This document shows positions 1 through 8,107 of a DNA stretch of 64,000 nucleotides, piece after piece; position 1 is the stretch's first letter; every line of letters starts with the position of its first letter. The DNA comes from Candidatus Enterousia sp. Lineage in GTDB: Bacteria > Pseudomonadota > Alphaproteobacteria > Rs-D84. The stretch spans positions 15,355 through 79,354 of the forward strand of contig JAZTWT010000019.1 of the NCBI GenBank assembly GCA_045636045.1, read 5' to 3'. Under the pieces are notes generated by a model. That model had not been told where the DNA came from and made no database searches. It worked only from the letters and a program-made list of their open reading frames with translations. The position numbers and the translations under genes were made by a program.

Positions 1-966
1 CTTATCGGCCTTTGCTTTTGCATCTGCTGCCGCATCAGTCTTCGCAGTTTCAATCGCCGATGTCAAAGTTGTGTTCTGCTGTGAAACAACACTTTCCAAC
101 ACATCAACTTCGCCCTGTGCTTTATTTGCTGCTGTCTGTGCCGCTGCAGCTTCTGTAACAACTTCTTTAATAGCCCCAACAACTGTAGTTGCATCTGTTC
201 CCATATTGGCTGATGTCACAGTACCCAAATTAGTTTCAACTGTCTGAATCTTATTTGCAACAGAGCCCTCTGCCGAGGCGTTATTCATGTTTTGAATTGT
301 CTGATTTATTTCAGTTTTTGCTGAATTGATTTGTGCCGCTATAGAACCAGTCACATCTGTACCACCCATCAAAGTACCAATATCACTTTCTGTACCACCA
401 ACACGATCCTCCAATTCTCCAACACTAACACTCAAACCGTCAGATACTTGCTTTAATTCATTGTCAATCATACTGTATGTCGCTTTGGCAGACAAATATT
501 TTGTATCATCTTCTTTCGTTGTGGCATCTTGAACTTTCGCATTCTGAATCATATTACCAACAATTTGTTTTTCATTCAACGCATCCTGCAAACCAGAAAC
601 CTTACCAATCGAAATTGAATCTACAACCGCATCTGTAATCTTACCTGTCGTTCCAGTAACCGCACCATTTTCCTGTTTAACAGTCAACACAACCTTTCCA
701 TCTTCAGCAACTGAACCATTTAATGCATTAATTTTACCATCAATCTGGTCAGAAACAGACCCTGCGCCAGAACCTGCAACCGTCCCCAACTTTGTATCCA
801 AGGCTTTAACAGCTTCCGTCAAGTTCTGTGCATTTTTTGCGATCTGCGCATCTGCAAATGACACATCACCAGTACGTGTTGTAACATAATCAGTTGATGC
901 GATTTCTGCGCGTGCCGCGGTCACCGCCATAATTGCAACCAAAGATGCAGTTAATATTTTTTTCAT
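1..966 (-). CDS. Secreted fibrous repeat protein, array member 1 (5' part only; C-terminus lies beyond window start)
   Basis: Open at the window edge, so absent from the ORF track. My reverse-strand translation from ATG 964-966 (RBS AGGAAGGA upstream) reads MKKILTASLVAIMAVTAARA then EIASTDYV: a Sec-type signal plus the S-T-x-Y-V motif. The block DDTKYLSAKATYSMIDNELKQVSDGLSVSVGELEDRVGG parallels DDKYLSAKATYAAIDNQLTAVSNGLQLSVNALDQRVGD in the next gene. Confidence 0.75.
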   Translation of the reverse strand, partial: MKKILTASLVAIMAVTAARAEIASTDYVTTRTGDVSFADAQIAKNAQNLTEAVKALDTKLGTVAGSGAGSVSDQIDGKINALNGSVAEDGKVVLTVKQENGAVTGTTGKITDAVVDSISIGKVSGLQDALNEKQIVGNMIQNAKVQDATTKEDDTKYLSAKATYSMIDNELKQVSDGLSVSVGELEDRVGGTESDIGTLMGGTDVTGSIAAQINSAKTEINQTIQNMNNASAEGSVANKIQTVETNLGTVTSANMGTDATTVVGAIKEVVTEAAAAQTAANKAQGEVDVLESVVSQQNTTLTSAIETAKTDAAADAKAKADK

Positions 967-1016
967 GTTTTCCTTCCTTTCTTTTTGTTTTATTGTTCTC
1001 TTTCTCTTCGAAACCT

Positions 1017-1046
1017 ATTTTATCATAAAATGCGAATCGCTGTCTA
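1017..1046 (-). promoter_or_regulatory. Putative sigma70-type promoter of array member 1
   Basis: The reverse strand reads TAGACA-18 nt-TAAAAT. The spacer begins GCGATTCGC and ends TTTTATGA. Confidence 0.35.
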
Positions 1047-1072
1047 TAATAAAATTTCCTAATTTTGTTTTT

Positions 1073-2512
1073 TTAACGTCCGGCAATATTTTCCCACGCA
1101 TATGTGACCTGGTCACCCTTTTGCGTGGCGGTCAATACATACATACCGTCTTCGGTACGGGTCTCGTATGCCGGAACCTCAAACTTCTTCTCCAACGTTG
1201 TCGACAAATCCTTAATCTTGGCAACTGACAATTCACCATCGTTAATTGTTGCATTCGTCACCGCACCGGCCGCAATTGTACCGGCCGTCACCGCATTCTG
1301 TGCCAAGTTTCCAGCCTCAACCGCACCGGCGGCCAAATTTCCCGCAACAACTGCACCATCTGCAATCGTCCCTTCGGTCACTGCATCCGCCGCAATTTTA
1401 CCGGCGGTCACTGCATTTGCCCCCAATTTATCAGATGTCACGGCACCGTCATTAATCTTTTCCGTCGTAACCGCAGAATCCGCAATCATACCTGTTCCAA
1501 TACTTTTTGATGCAATTGAAATATTACCAGACGCATCTATAACAATAACACCATCCGCACTGGTCAATTTCACCTGTTTTGCATCCAATGCCGCCTGCAG
1601 TCCATCAACCTGGGAAATCGCAATTACCGGGATATCAGACGCCACCAACGCCGCACGTGTCACGGTAATAACACCATTTTCCTGGGATACAGATTTAACA
1701 AATTCTTTGGCAACTGGTTCGTCAACATTTTTAAGTGCCGCGATACGATCAACAACCGATGTGTCACCAACTTTATCTTCCAGTGCACCAATTCTAACAC
1801 CATGTCCTGCAACCGTACCCTGCAAACCAGTACCACCGGTACCATCTTCACCGGGACCAACACTACCCAAATCTTCGGTCAACTTCTTAATTTGGTTATC
1901 TGTATACGCCTTGGCATCTGTCAACTTCTGTGTTGCCGCCGTCTGCGCTTCGAACAATTTATCCGCCGCATCTTTTGAATAAACATCGGCAATATTGGCC
2001 TTTAAATCAATATTTGCCTGCAATGCATTATCCGCAGATTCACGTGCTGTTTTTTCAGCCGCGATTGCTGTTTCATTCGCAGCAACCTTAACATTTGTTG
2101 CATCTAATGCAGTCTGGTCCGCTTTCAGGTCAATATTCGCCTGCAAATCCGTTTTTAACTTAGAAATCGACCCCTCTCCATTTCCATTCAAGACCTTAAT
2201 TTCACCTTCTGCATCACCAACACGCTGATCCAATGCGTTAACAGACAACTGCAAACCATTAGAAACAGCAGTCAATTGATTATCAATCGCCGCATATGTT
2301 GCCTTGGCTGACAAATATTTATCATCCGCTGCCTGCGTCGTCGTATCTGTTGCATTTTCCGATAACACCATATTAGACGCAACCTGCATATCCTTTAATT
2401 CCAACTCTAATTTATCATTTAAATATTCCGTAGAAACAACGGCCGCTTTTGCCGTACCGACAGACACCAGTCCCAACAACAGGGTAAAAATTCCCGCGGT
2501 CAATTTTCTCAT
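1073..2512 (-). CDS. Secreted fibrous repeat protein, array member 2 (decapeptide AVTxGxIAxG repeats)
   Basis: ORF 1073-2626. Start moved to the internal ATG at 2510-2512 (MRKLTAGIFTLLLGLVSVGTAKA, AGGAAGG RBS). VVSTEYL motif after the signal. Ala/Asp/Leu/Gln-rich core, about 9 tandem 10-aa repeats, and a C-terminal GMYVLTATQKGDQVTYAWENI module. Confidence 0.8.
   Translation of the reverse strand: MRKLTAGIFTLLLGLVSVGTAKAAVVSTEYLNDKLELELKDMQVASNMVLSENATDTTTQAADDKYLSAKATYAAIDNQLTAVSNGLQLSVNALDQRVGDAEGEIKVLNGNGEGSISKLKTDLQANIDLKADQTALDATNVKVAANETAIAAEKTARESADNALQANIDLKANIADVYSKDAADKLFEAQTAATQKLTDAKAYTDNQIKKLTEDLGSVGPGEDGTGGTGLQGTVAGHGVRIGALEDKVGDTSVVDRIAALKNVDEPVAKEFVKSVSQENGVITVTRAALVASDIPVIAISQVDGLQAALDAKQVKLTSADGVIVIDASGNISIASKSIGTGMIADSAVTTEKINDGAVTSDKLGANAVTAGKIAADAVTEGTIADGAVVAGNLAAGAVEAGNLAQNAVTAGTIAAGAVTNATINDGELSVAKIKDLSTTLEKKFEVPAYETRTEDGMYVLTATQKGDQVTYAWENIAGR
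1208..1504 (-). repeat. About 9 tandem 30-bp (10-aa) repeats, consensus AVTxGxIAxG, inside array member 2
   Basis: The translation reads ADSAVTTEKINDG AVTSDKLGAN AVTAGKIAAD AVTEGTIADG AVVAGNLAAG AVEAGNLAQN AVTAGTIAAG AVTNATINDG ELSVAKIKD. Confidence 0.85.
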
Positions 2513-2543
2513 ACTAAATCCCTTCCTTCCTTTCGTATGGTGC

Positions 2544-2573
2544 ATTATATCATATTTACCCGAATCGCGTAAA
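2544..2573 (-). promoter_or_regulatory. Putative promoter of array member 2
   Basis: The reverse strand reads TTTACG-18 nt-TATAAT. The spacer begins CGATTCGGG and ends AATATGA. Confidence 0.35.
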
Positions 2574-2659
2574 GCAAAAATATAAATTTTTTTACAAAAT
2601 GATAAAAAAAGGAGCAGATTACCCACCCCTTTTTTTATATCAGAATCACATTCTGTTAA

Positions 2660-3658
2660 TTACAAAGACAATGCCAATTCCATCCAGTATGGCTGTCCAG
2701 ACCCATCAACCGACAAAACGCACTTTTCATTTGCACAGTTTGCGTTTGGCTTTGGGATTGCATAACCTTGGACAGTTGTCTTAGCAGTATTCGCAACCGA
2801 ACCAGCCTCAGTATCTGCAGCGTTCAACTTTGCAATCGCATCCTGATTTGCTTTTACTTCTGTATCTTTCAATGATGTCACAGATGTTGACACATCCCCA
2901 ATCATTGCAACCACAGTTTTACCATCGGCAACTGTACCAATCTTTGCCTCGATTTTATCATCTTCTGTTTCGGCATAACTTTTTGCCTGTGCCAGAATAC
3001 CGGTTGTCTCATCGGTCAAACCTTCAATCGCTTCCTTATTCCCTGTCGCGATTGTATATGTCGCCGCCAAACCAGTTGCTTCATTATCAACTTTACCTGC
3101 CAGACTTGTTAAATCAGACGCATCTGCCTTACCCTGCAATGCAGTATCTAAGCCCTGAACCTGTGTCTGCTGAATAACCGCATTTGCAATTTTATATGCA
3201 ACAGAACCTTGCTTTGATGCATCCACATCGTTCAACAAAGCGATATCAGATTTATTCGTCGCAACATCCTGTACCAATGTCGCAACACCATCCACACCAC
3301 TTTCACCACCCAACATGTTGATTGCTTGAGTATTTGCAGCAATATCTTCACTCTGTTTCTTATCAACGCCAGCCTGAGTCGTAACAAACTGATTGTAAAC
3401 AGATGTATCTAATTTGAGCCCCAATGCAGATTCCACACCCTGTGCAGCAGTCTGCGCATCAGCTTTGGTCTGATAATCCTTTGCAACATTTGCTTCTAAA
3501 GCTACAACGTCCTGAGAAACTTTACCAACCTTAGCTTCAACATAGCCTGTTGAAGCAACGCTAACCGGTTTCGCTTCCCCTTCTGCCATTGCAGCGCCAG
3601 ATGCCGTCATCAGAATTGCCGCCATAACGCCTGAAAACATAATATTTTTAACTTTCAT
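2660..3658 (-). CDS. Secreted fibrous repeat protein, array member 3
   Basis: Signal MKVKNIMFSGVMAAILMTASGAAMA. VASTGYVEAKV motif. Ala/Thr/Asp/Gln-rich core. C-terminal EKCVLSVDGSGQPYWMEL module. Confidence 0.8.
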   Translation of the reverse strand: MKVKNIMFSGVMAAILMTASGAAMAEGEAKPVSVASTGYVEAKVGKVSQDVVALEANVAKDYQTKADAQTAAQGVESALGLKLDTSVYNQFVTTQAGVDKKQSEDIAANTQAINMLGGESGVDGVATLVQDVATNKSDIALLNDVDASKQGSVAYKIANAVIQQTQVQGLDTALQGKADASDLTSLAGKVDNEATGLAATYTIATGNKEAIEGLTDETTGILAQAKSYAETEDDKIEAKIGTVADGKTVVAMIGDVSTSVTSLKDTEVKANQDAIAKLNAADTEAGSVANTAKTTVQGYAIPKPNANCANEKCVLSVDGSGQPYWMELALSL

Positions 3659-3730
3659 TGTCTTTCCTTTCTTTTCTTTCTTTTTTTTAATTACGCCACA
3701 TTCATTATGACGGCGAATTTAAGTTTTGTA

Positions 3731-4822
3731 TTACTGCGCCTGTGGTTGCACCGTTGTCAAAGACACTGGCTGTCCATTAGCACCCAAAATCTGAATTGGC
3801 GCATATGATACCGCACCTGTTTCAGTAAAGTTTACCAAATAAGTACCTGGCTGTTTGATATTAGAAACCTTCATCGCAACTTCATCTTTTGTCGCCAAAT
3901 CATCCAGGTCACCAGAATCCGCCTTACCTGCCAACGCAGTTTTAATCGCAGCCTGGGTCATTGTACCATCTGTCGCATCACCTTCGGCTCCATACAACTT
4001 TGTCAAACCTTCTGTTTGTGCCGTACCAACATTATATGTCGTATTATTATCAGTTGCACTAATCGTGTAAACACCATCTGCAAAATTGACAGAAACACTT
4101 TCTGAACCCGAAACAACATTCGCCGCGGTCAAAGTATTCTGTTTCTTTCCTAATTCCGTATCAACCTCATCCTTGGTGTAAACATCTGCAGAATTTGCCT
4201 TTAACGCAATATTTTGTGTATTTTCTGCAACCTGTTTTACCAAACCAGAATTCTCATCACCAACTGCGATTTGCAATTTTGAAACTTTGGTCACAATACC
4301 TTCATCGACACCTTCTACACCCTGCAGGGTATCAACCACCTTGTCCAACTCTTCGATATCTTTTTCAGCATTGGTGACGCGTGTATCTAATGCACTTGTA
4401 ATTGCATGTACAACACCACCTGTCACCAGACCAGTATTACCTTCTGCAACTTGCCCATCTGCTGTCACTGTGATTTTATTATCAGCAACAGAAACATAAC
4501 CTTCGCCCTCATATTCGGTATTATTGTCGGTAATTGTATAAACACCCGTTTGGTCATTAAATGAAACAGCATTACCATTAATGGCCGAACCTGTTAATTT
4601 CTTATTAACTTCTTCTTTAGTTGCCAAATCAGACAAATCAACATCAATTTTATTATCTTCGGAAATTGTCACATTACCTTCTGCAACCAACTTTGCCTGC
4701 AATTTAGCATCTGCATAGTCTTTTGAAATCAAAGACACATCTGCTGCTGCACTGGCCGCCCCACAAACTGTGGCAAAAATTGCCGCCGCAAAACCCGAGA
4801 ACATTACATTTTTAATTTTCAT
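3731..4822 (-). CDS. Secreted fibrous repeat protein, array member 4
   Basis: Signal MKIKNVMFSGFAAAIFATVCGAASA. LISKDYADAKL motif. Repeated YTITDNNTEY / YTISATDNNTTY segments. C-terminal PGTYLVNFTETGAVSYAPI module. Confidence 0.8.
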   Translation of the reverse strand: MKIKNVMFSGFAAAIFATVCGAASAAADVSLISKDYADAKLQAKLVAEGNVTISEDNKIDVDLSDLATKEEVNKKLTGSAINGNAVSFNDQTGVYTITDNNTEYEGEGYVSVADNKITVTADGQVAEGNTGLVTGGVVHAITSALDTRVTNAEKDIEELDKVVDTLQGVEGVDEGIVTKVSKLQIAVGDENSGLVKQVAENTQNIALKANSADVYTKDEVDTELGKKQNTLTAANVVSGSESVSVNFADGVYTISATDNNTTYNVGTAQTEGLTKLYGAEGDATDGTMTQAAIKTALAGKADSGDLDDLATKDEVAMKVSNIKQPGTYLVNFTETGAVSYAPIQILGANGQPVSLTTVQPQAQ

Positions 4823-4865
4823 CTTTCCTTCCTTTCCTTTTTATGGTCTTACCGACCTATTTTGT

Positions 4866-6002
4866 TTACTTCAAAATCTCTACTGATAACCAGGTAACAT
4901 TTCCTTCCGCATCAACACTCATCAACAGTGTTTCACCCGGTTTCGGCATTCTACCTGCAATCTTTTCCAATGTGACCGCATCAGGTTGAATCTGGTCTGC
5001 AGCAACTGAATCCTTGGTTGCCAACACCCCCAATTCATCCGTCTTGGCATAACCACCCAGCTCGGATTCAGTCACAAAATCCGCAGTTGCTGTTGTAATC
5101 GCACCCTGAACTGCTTCTGCATCTTGATAACCTGCCCCCTTAATAGCAGCAATATCAGCAGTATTCGTACCAACCTGGGTCTGCAATTTTGACAAATCGC
5201 CGGCAACAGAATTAACCTTGGTCACAGCTGTATCCGCAATAGTCTGCGCAACCGCAATCGAAGGAAACTTCTTCGCCTTGTCCTCTGTTGTCATTTCTGC
5301 CAATTCTTCTTCTGTAATTGTCGAAACCTTATTTGCCGCATCTTCCTTGGCATCCAATTTAGCCAGGAAACCATCAATCGCATTCTGCAATTCTGTCAAA
5401 GCAGACACATCCGCCTTGTTAGACTGCAGGGCGTTTATCGCCTGATTTATACTCTGCAAACTTTCCGCCGTCAAATAATCACCAGATGCCTGCTTCTTTG
5501 CAATTTCTGCTAACAAATCTTCCTGTAAATCTAATAATTCTTGACTGGTGGCCAAACCATCAATTGATGGAATTTCTGGTGCATCAACTAAATCATTAAA
5601 TGAACCAGTCGTCGCAACAGTTGCCAACCCTGAAATATTTTCTGCCGGCAATTTATTTTGCTCATTAATAACTGGATGTTTACCCTGCAACCCATGATAC
5701 AATTCATTAATCGCCGGGATTGCCAACTTCTGATTTGTTTCCAACTCTATCCATTGACCTGTATTATCTTGGGCATTCAACATATCACGCACTAATACCA
5801 AACGCCCATTCAACGTATTCAATCGATCTGCCAGCTGGTTATCTCGACTATAAAGGGTGTTATCCTTGGTATTAACATGCCCCACAACGCTTACTACCTG
5901 GCTATCAACGTATTCCTTGGTCGCATAACCATCTTCTGAATACGCCGCCCTAGAAGCCATGGCACAAAGTAAAGACACTAATAAAAGATTCTTTTTTCTC
6001 AT
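4866..6002 (-). CDS. Secreted fibrous repeat protein, array member 5
   Basis: ORF 4866-6044. Start moved to ATG 6000-6002 (MRKKNLLLVSLLCAMASRAA). YATKEYVDSQV motif. VATTGSFNDLVDAPEIPSIDGLAT motif. C-terminal GETLLMSVDAEGNVTWLSV module. Confidence 0.78.
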   Translation of the reverse strand: MRKKNLLLVSLLCAMASRAAYSEDGYATKEYVDSQVVSVVGHVNTKDNTLYSRDNQLADRLNTLNGRLVLVRDMLNAQDNTGQWIELETNQKLAIPAINELYHGLQGKHPVINEQNKLPAENISGLATVATTGSFNDLVDAPEIPSIDGLATSQELLDLQEDLLAEIAKKQASGDYLTAESLQSINQAINALQSNKADVSALTELQNAIDGFLAKLDAKEDAANKVSTITEEELAEMTTEDKAKKFPSIAVAQTIADTAVTKVNSVAGDLSKLQTQVGTNTADIAAIKGAGYQDAEAVQGAITTATADFVTESELGGYAKTDELGVLATKDSVAADQIQPDAVTLEKIAGRMPKPGETLLMSVDAEGNVTWLSVEILK

Positions 6003-6056
6003 TGCAAATTCTCTCACACTACTAAATTTATCCAATCCCAACAATTAAAAATAAAC

Positions 6057-8078
6057 TTACCAGCCACCATCATCACCCCAATCGAAACCATCGCCACTAG
6101 AACCAGATGAGCTTACAGTTTTCCACGAATACGAACACGTTTCAGTTGTACAGGTTGCCACCAACATATAATCACCGATTGTTGTTGGTTTTGTTGGGTT
6201 TGCAATATACTTATCCGCCGACGAATACGCAGCAGACCCCAGCCCCTTAACCGCAACGTCCACACCATTAACCGCCAGCGTACCATTCGCACCACCTGGC
6301 ACAACTGTCACAACAGCAGCATCCGCCTTGTCCAAAGAAGCCTGAACCCCTTCTGCCAAAGCCGCCTTAGCAACAGTCCCTGCTGCAATATTCGCACCAT
6401 TCAGCTCACTTGCTGCGGTCAAATAATCACCTTTTGCCTGATATTTAGAATCCAGCGCCGACAACTGTTCAACGGTTGCATATCCCGACAAATCGATCGA
6501 ACCACCAGTTGCCGCTTCCGCAATCTTCTGATCAACCTCAGCCTTGGTATAAACTTTGCCTGTCAATTCCGCCAAAGAATCCGACACCGTTTTCAAGCCA
6601 GCCGCCGTCGCATAATCACCCGACGCCTGCTTTTTTTCAATCTCAGTTTCTAACGCAGTACGCAATGCTGATAACTGATCACTTGTCACCAAATCAGACA
6701 GCTGCTCTGTTTTTGCATAATCTGTCAAATCAACATTCGCAGAAATCGTATTATCTTCTGAAATACTGATATTTGCCCCAGGCGTTAACTTATCCTGCTT
6801 ATCCTGCAATTCTGCCTTGGTCGCTAAACCATCAATCGATGGCAATTCCGCCTTGGTCGCAAAAGTCTTTGCCGATTCCAATGTCACATAATTATCCGCA
6901 ACAAATTGCTTAGTTGCATATGCATCCAAACTAGGAATATCAATCGCATTGATTGCATTCTGCAATCTTAACTCAACTGCATCCAATTCTGACTTCTTGG
7001 CATAATCATCACTAATTGTCTTTAATGACGCCTTTAACCCTTCAACAACCGATGCATCCGCCTTGTTAGTTTTTAACAACTCTATCGCTGCATTAATTTC
7101 CAACAAATCATCAGATTCTAACTTTGCTTCAATCGCTGCTTGCAACGCTTCCTGAACCTCTGCCAAGGCCGCCGTATCAACCAGACCATCAGTCGATGGC
7201 AATTCCGCCTTGGTCGCATAATCTGTCAAATCAACATCCGCAGAAATCACATTGCCAGAAATCGTAATATTCTGACCCGCCGTCAATTTATCCTGCTTTC
7301 CCGCTAAATCATCTTTTGTCGCCAAACCTGCTGTTGCTGAATCAATCGCCGTCTCAACCTGCCCTGCGGTCTGATACCCTGCTGCCTTAATCCCTGCAAT
7401 ATCTGTTTCCATACCTGAAATATCAGCCGATGTCACAAAATCACTGTCATTCTGCAACTGTGAAATTTTTTCTGGAATTGTCGGCGTGTCTTTCAAGCTG
7501 TTATAAGAACCCGTGGTTGCAACCGCAGCCAAATCAGTCAATTTAACATAACCATCCAAACTTGGTATAATAATTGCATTGATTGCATTCTGCAATCTTA
7601 ACTCAACCGCGTTTAATTCCGACTTCTTGGCATAATTTTCAATAATCGAATCTACAGATGCACGTAATCCCTCTATGGCCACATTATCAACACCACCTGC
7701 CTGCAAACCTTCTACAACCACCTGCAAATCTTCCAACTGTTTAACCGTTGCATAATCGCCAGCCACCTGCTTGGCCGCAATCTCATCCTGCAAAGCCTTC
7801 TTTACATTCTGCAAATCTTCATCTTTTACAAACGTTGCAAAATCAGGAAGTTCACCATTTTTCACAAACCCAGTGGTATCAACAACAGACTTAATCACAT
7901 TATTCTTAATTTCAATACCTTCACCTGCCGTCAAAGCACCTTGCTTTAATGCCAAGGCATCATCAACATATTTCTTGCTGACCAAATTTACAGTCGTAGT
8001 CGTCGCACCAGCAACACCGGACACAGCCATCAGAATAGCAGCCATAAATCCAGAAAAAGCAATATTCTTAACTTTCAT
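6057..8078 (-). CDS. Secreted fibrous repeat protein, array member 6 (673 aa, internally duplicated modules)
   Basis: Signal MKVKNIAFSGFMAAILMAVSGVAGA. LVSKKYVDDAL motif. VATTGSYNSLKDTPTIPEKISQLQND and KQDKLTAGQNITISGNVISADVDL motifs. The module ...AKKSELDAVELRLQNAINAI.IPSLD.Y occurs twice. C-terminal GDYMLVATCTTETCSYSWKTV module followed by a Gly/Asp/Trp tail. Confidence 0.85.
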   Translation of the reverse strand: MKVKNIAFSGFMAAILMAVSGVAGATTTTVNLVSKKYVDDALALKQGALTAGEGIEIKNNVIKSVVDTTGFVKNGELPDFATFVKDEDLQNVKKALQDEIAAKQVAGDYATVKQLEDLQVVVEGLQAGGVDNVAIEGLRASVDSIIENYAKKSELNAVELRLQNAINAIIIPSLDGYVKLTDLAAVATTGSYNSLKDTPTIPEKISQLQNDSDFVTSADISGMETDIAGIKAAGYQTAGQVETAIDSATAGLATKDDLAGKQDKLTAGQNITISGNVISADVDLTDYATKAELPSTDGLVDTAALAEVQEALQAAIEAKLESDDLLEINAAIELLKTNKADASVVEGLKASLKTISDDYAKKSELDAVELRLQNAINAIDIPSLDAYATKQFVADNYVTLESAKTFATKAELPSIDGLATKAELQDKQDKLTPGANISISEDNTISANVDLTDYAKTEQLSDLVTSDQLSALRTALETEIEKKQASGDYATAAGLKTVSDSLAELTGKVYTKAEVDQKIAEAATGGSIDLSGYATVEQLSALDSKYQAKGDYLTAASELNGANIAAGTVAKAALAEGVQASLDKADAAVVTVVPGGANGTLAVNGVDVAVKGLGSAAYSSADKYIANPTKPTTIGDYMLVATCTTETCSYSWKTVSSSGSSGDGFDWGDDGGW
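6859..7636 (-). repeat. Near-identical co-linear block shared with 8406-9349 (array member 6 copy)
   Basis: By manual alignment, 6859-7199 matches 8406-8746 with about 9 mismatches in ~341 bp. 7201-7307 matches 8799-8905, and 7447-7563 matches 8958-9074. A weaker second copy of the first segment starts near 7545. Confidence 0.85.
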
Positions 8079-8107
8079 CTTTCTTCCTTATCCCCTGCAA
8101 ATTTTAC

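Noticed and set aside
1104-1982. Long plus-strand ORF (292 aa) antisense to fibre member 2. Similar long antisense ORFs occur at 12081-12686, 20356-21093, 23411-23995, 26671-27138, 50063-50566, 53600-54220, 56647-57435 and 59140-59673.
   Set aside because: All lie fully inside well-supported genes on the other strand. They have low-complexity Ser/Pro/Ala/Ile-rich translations, no RBS and no recognisable motifs. They are shadow ORFs caused by codon and composition bias, which depletes stop codons in the antisense frames.
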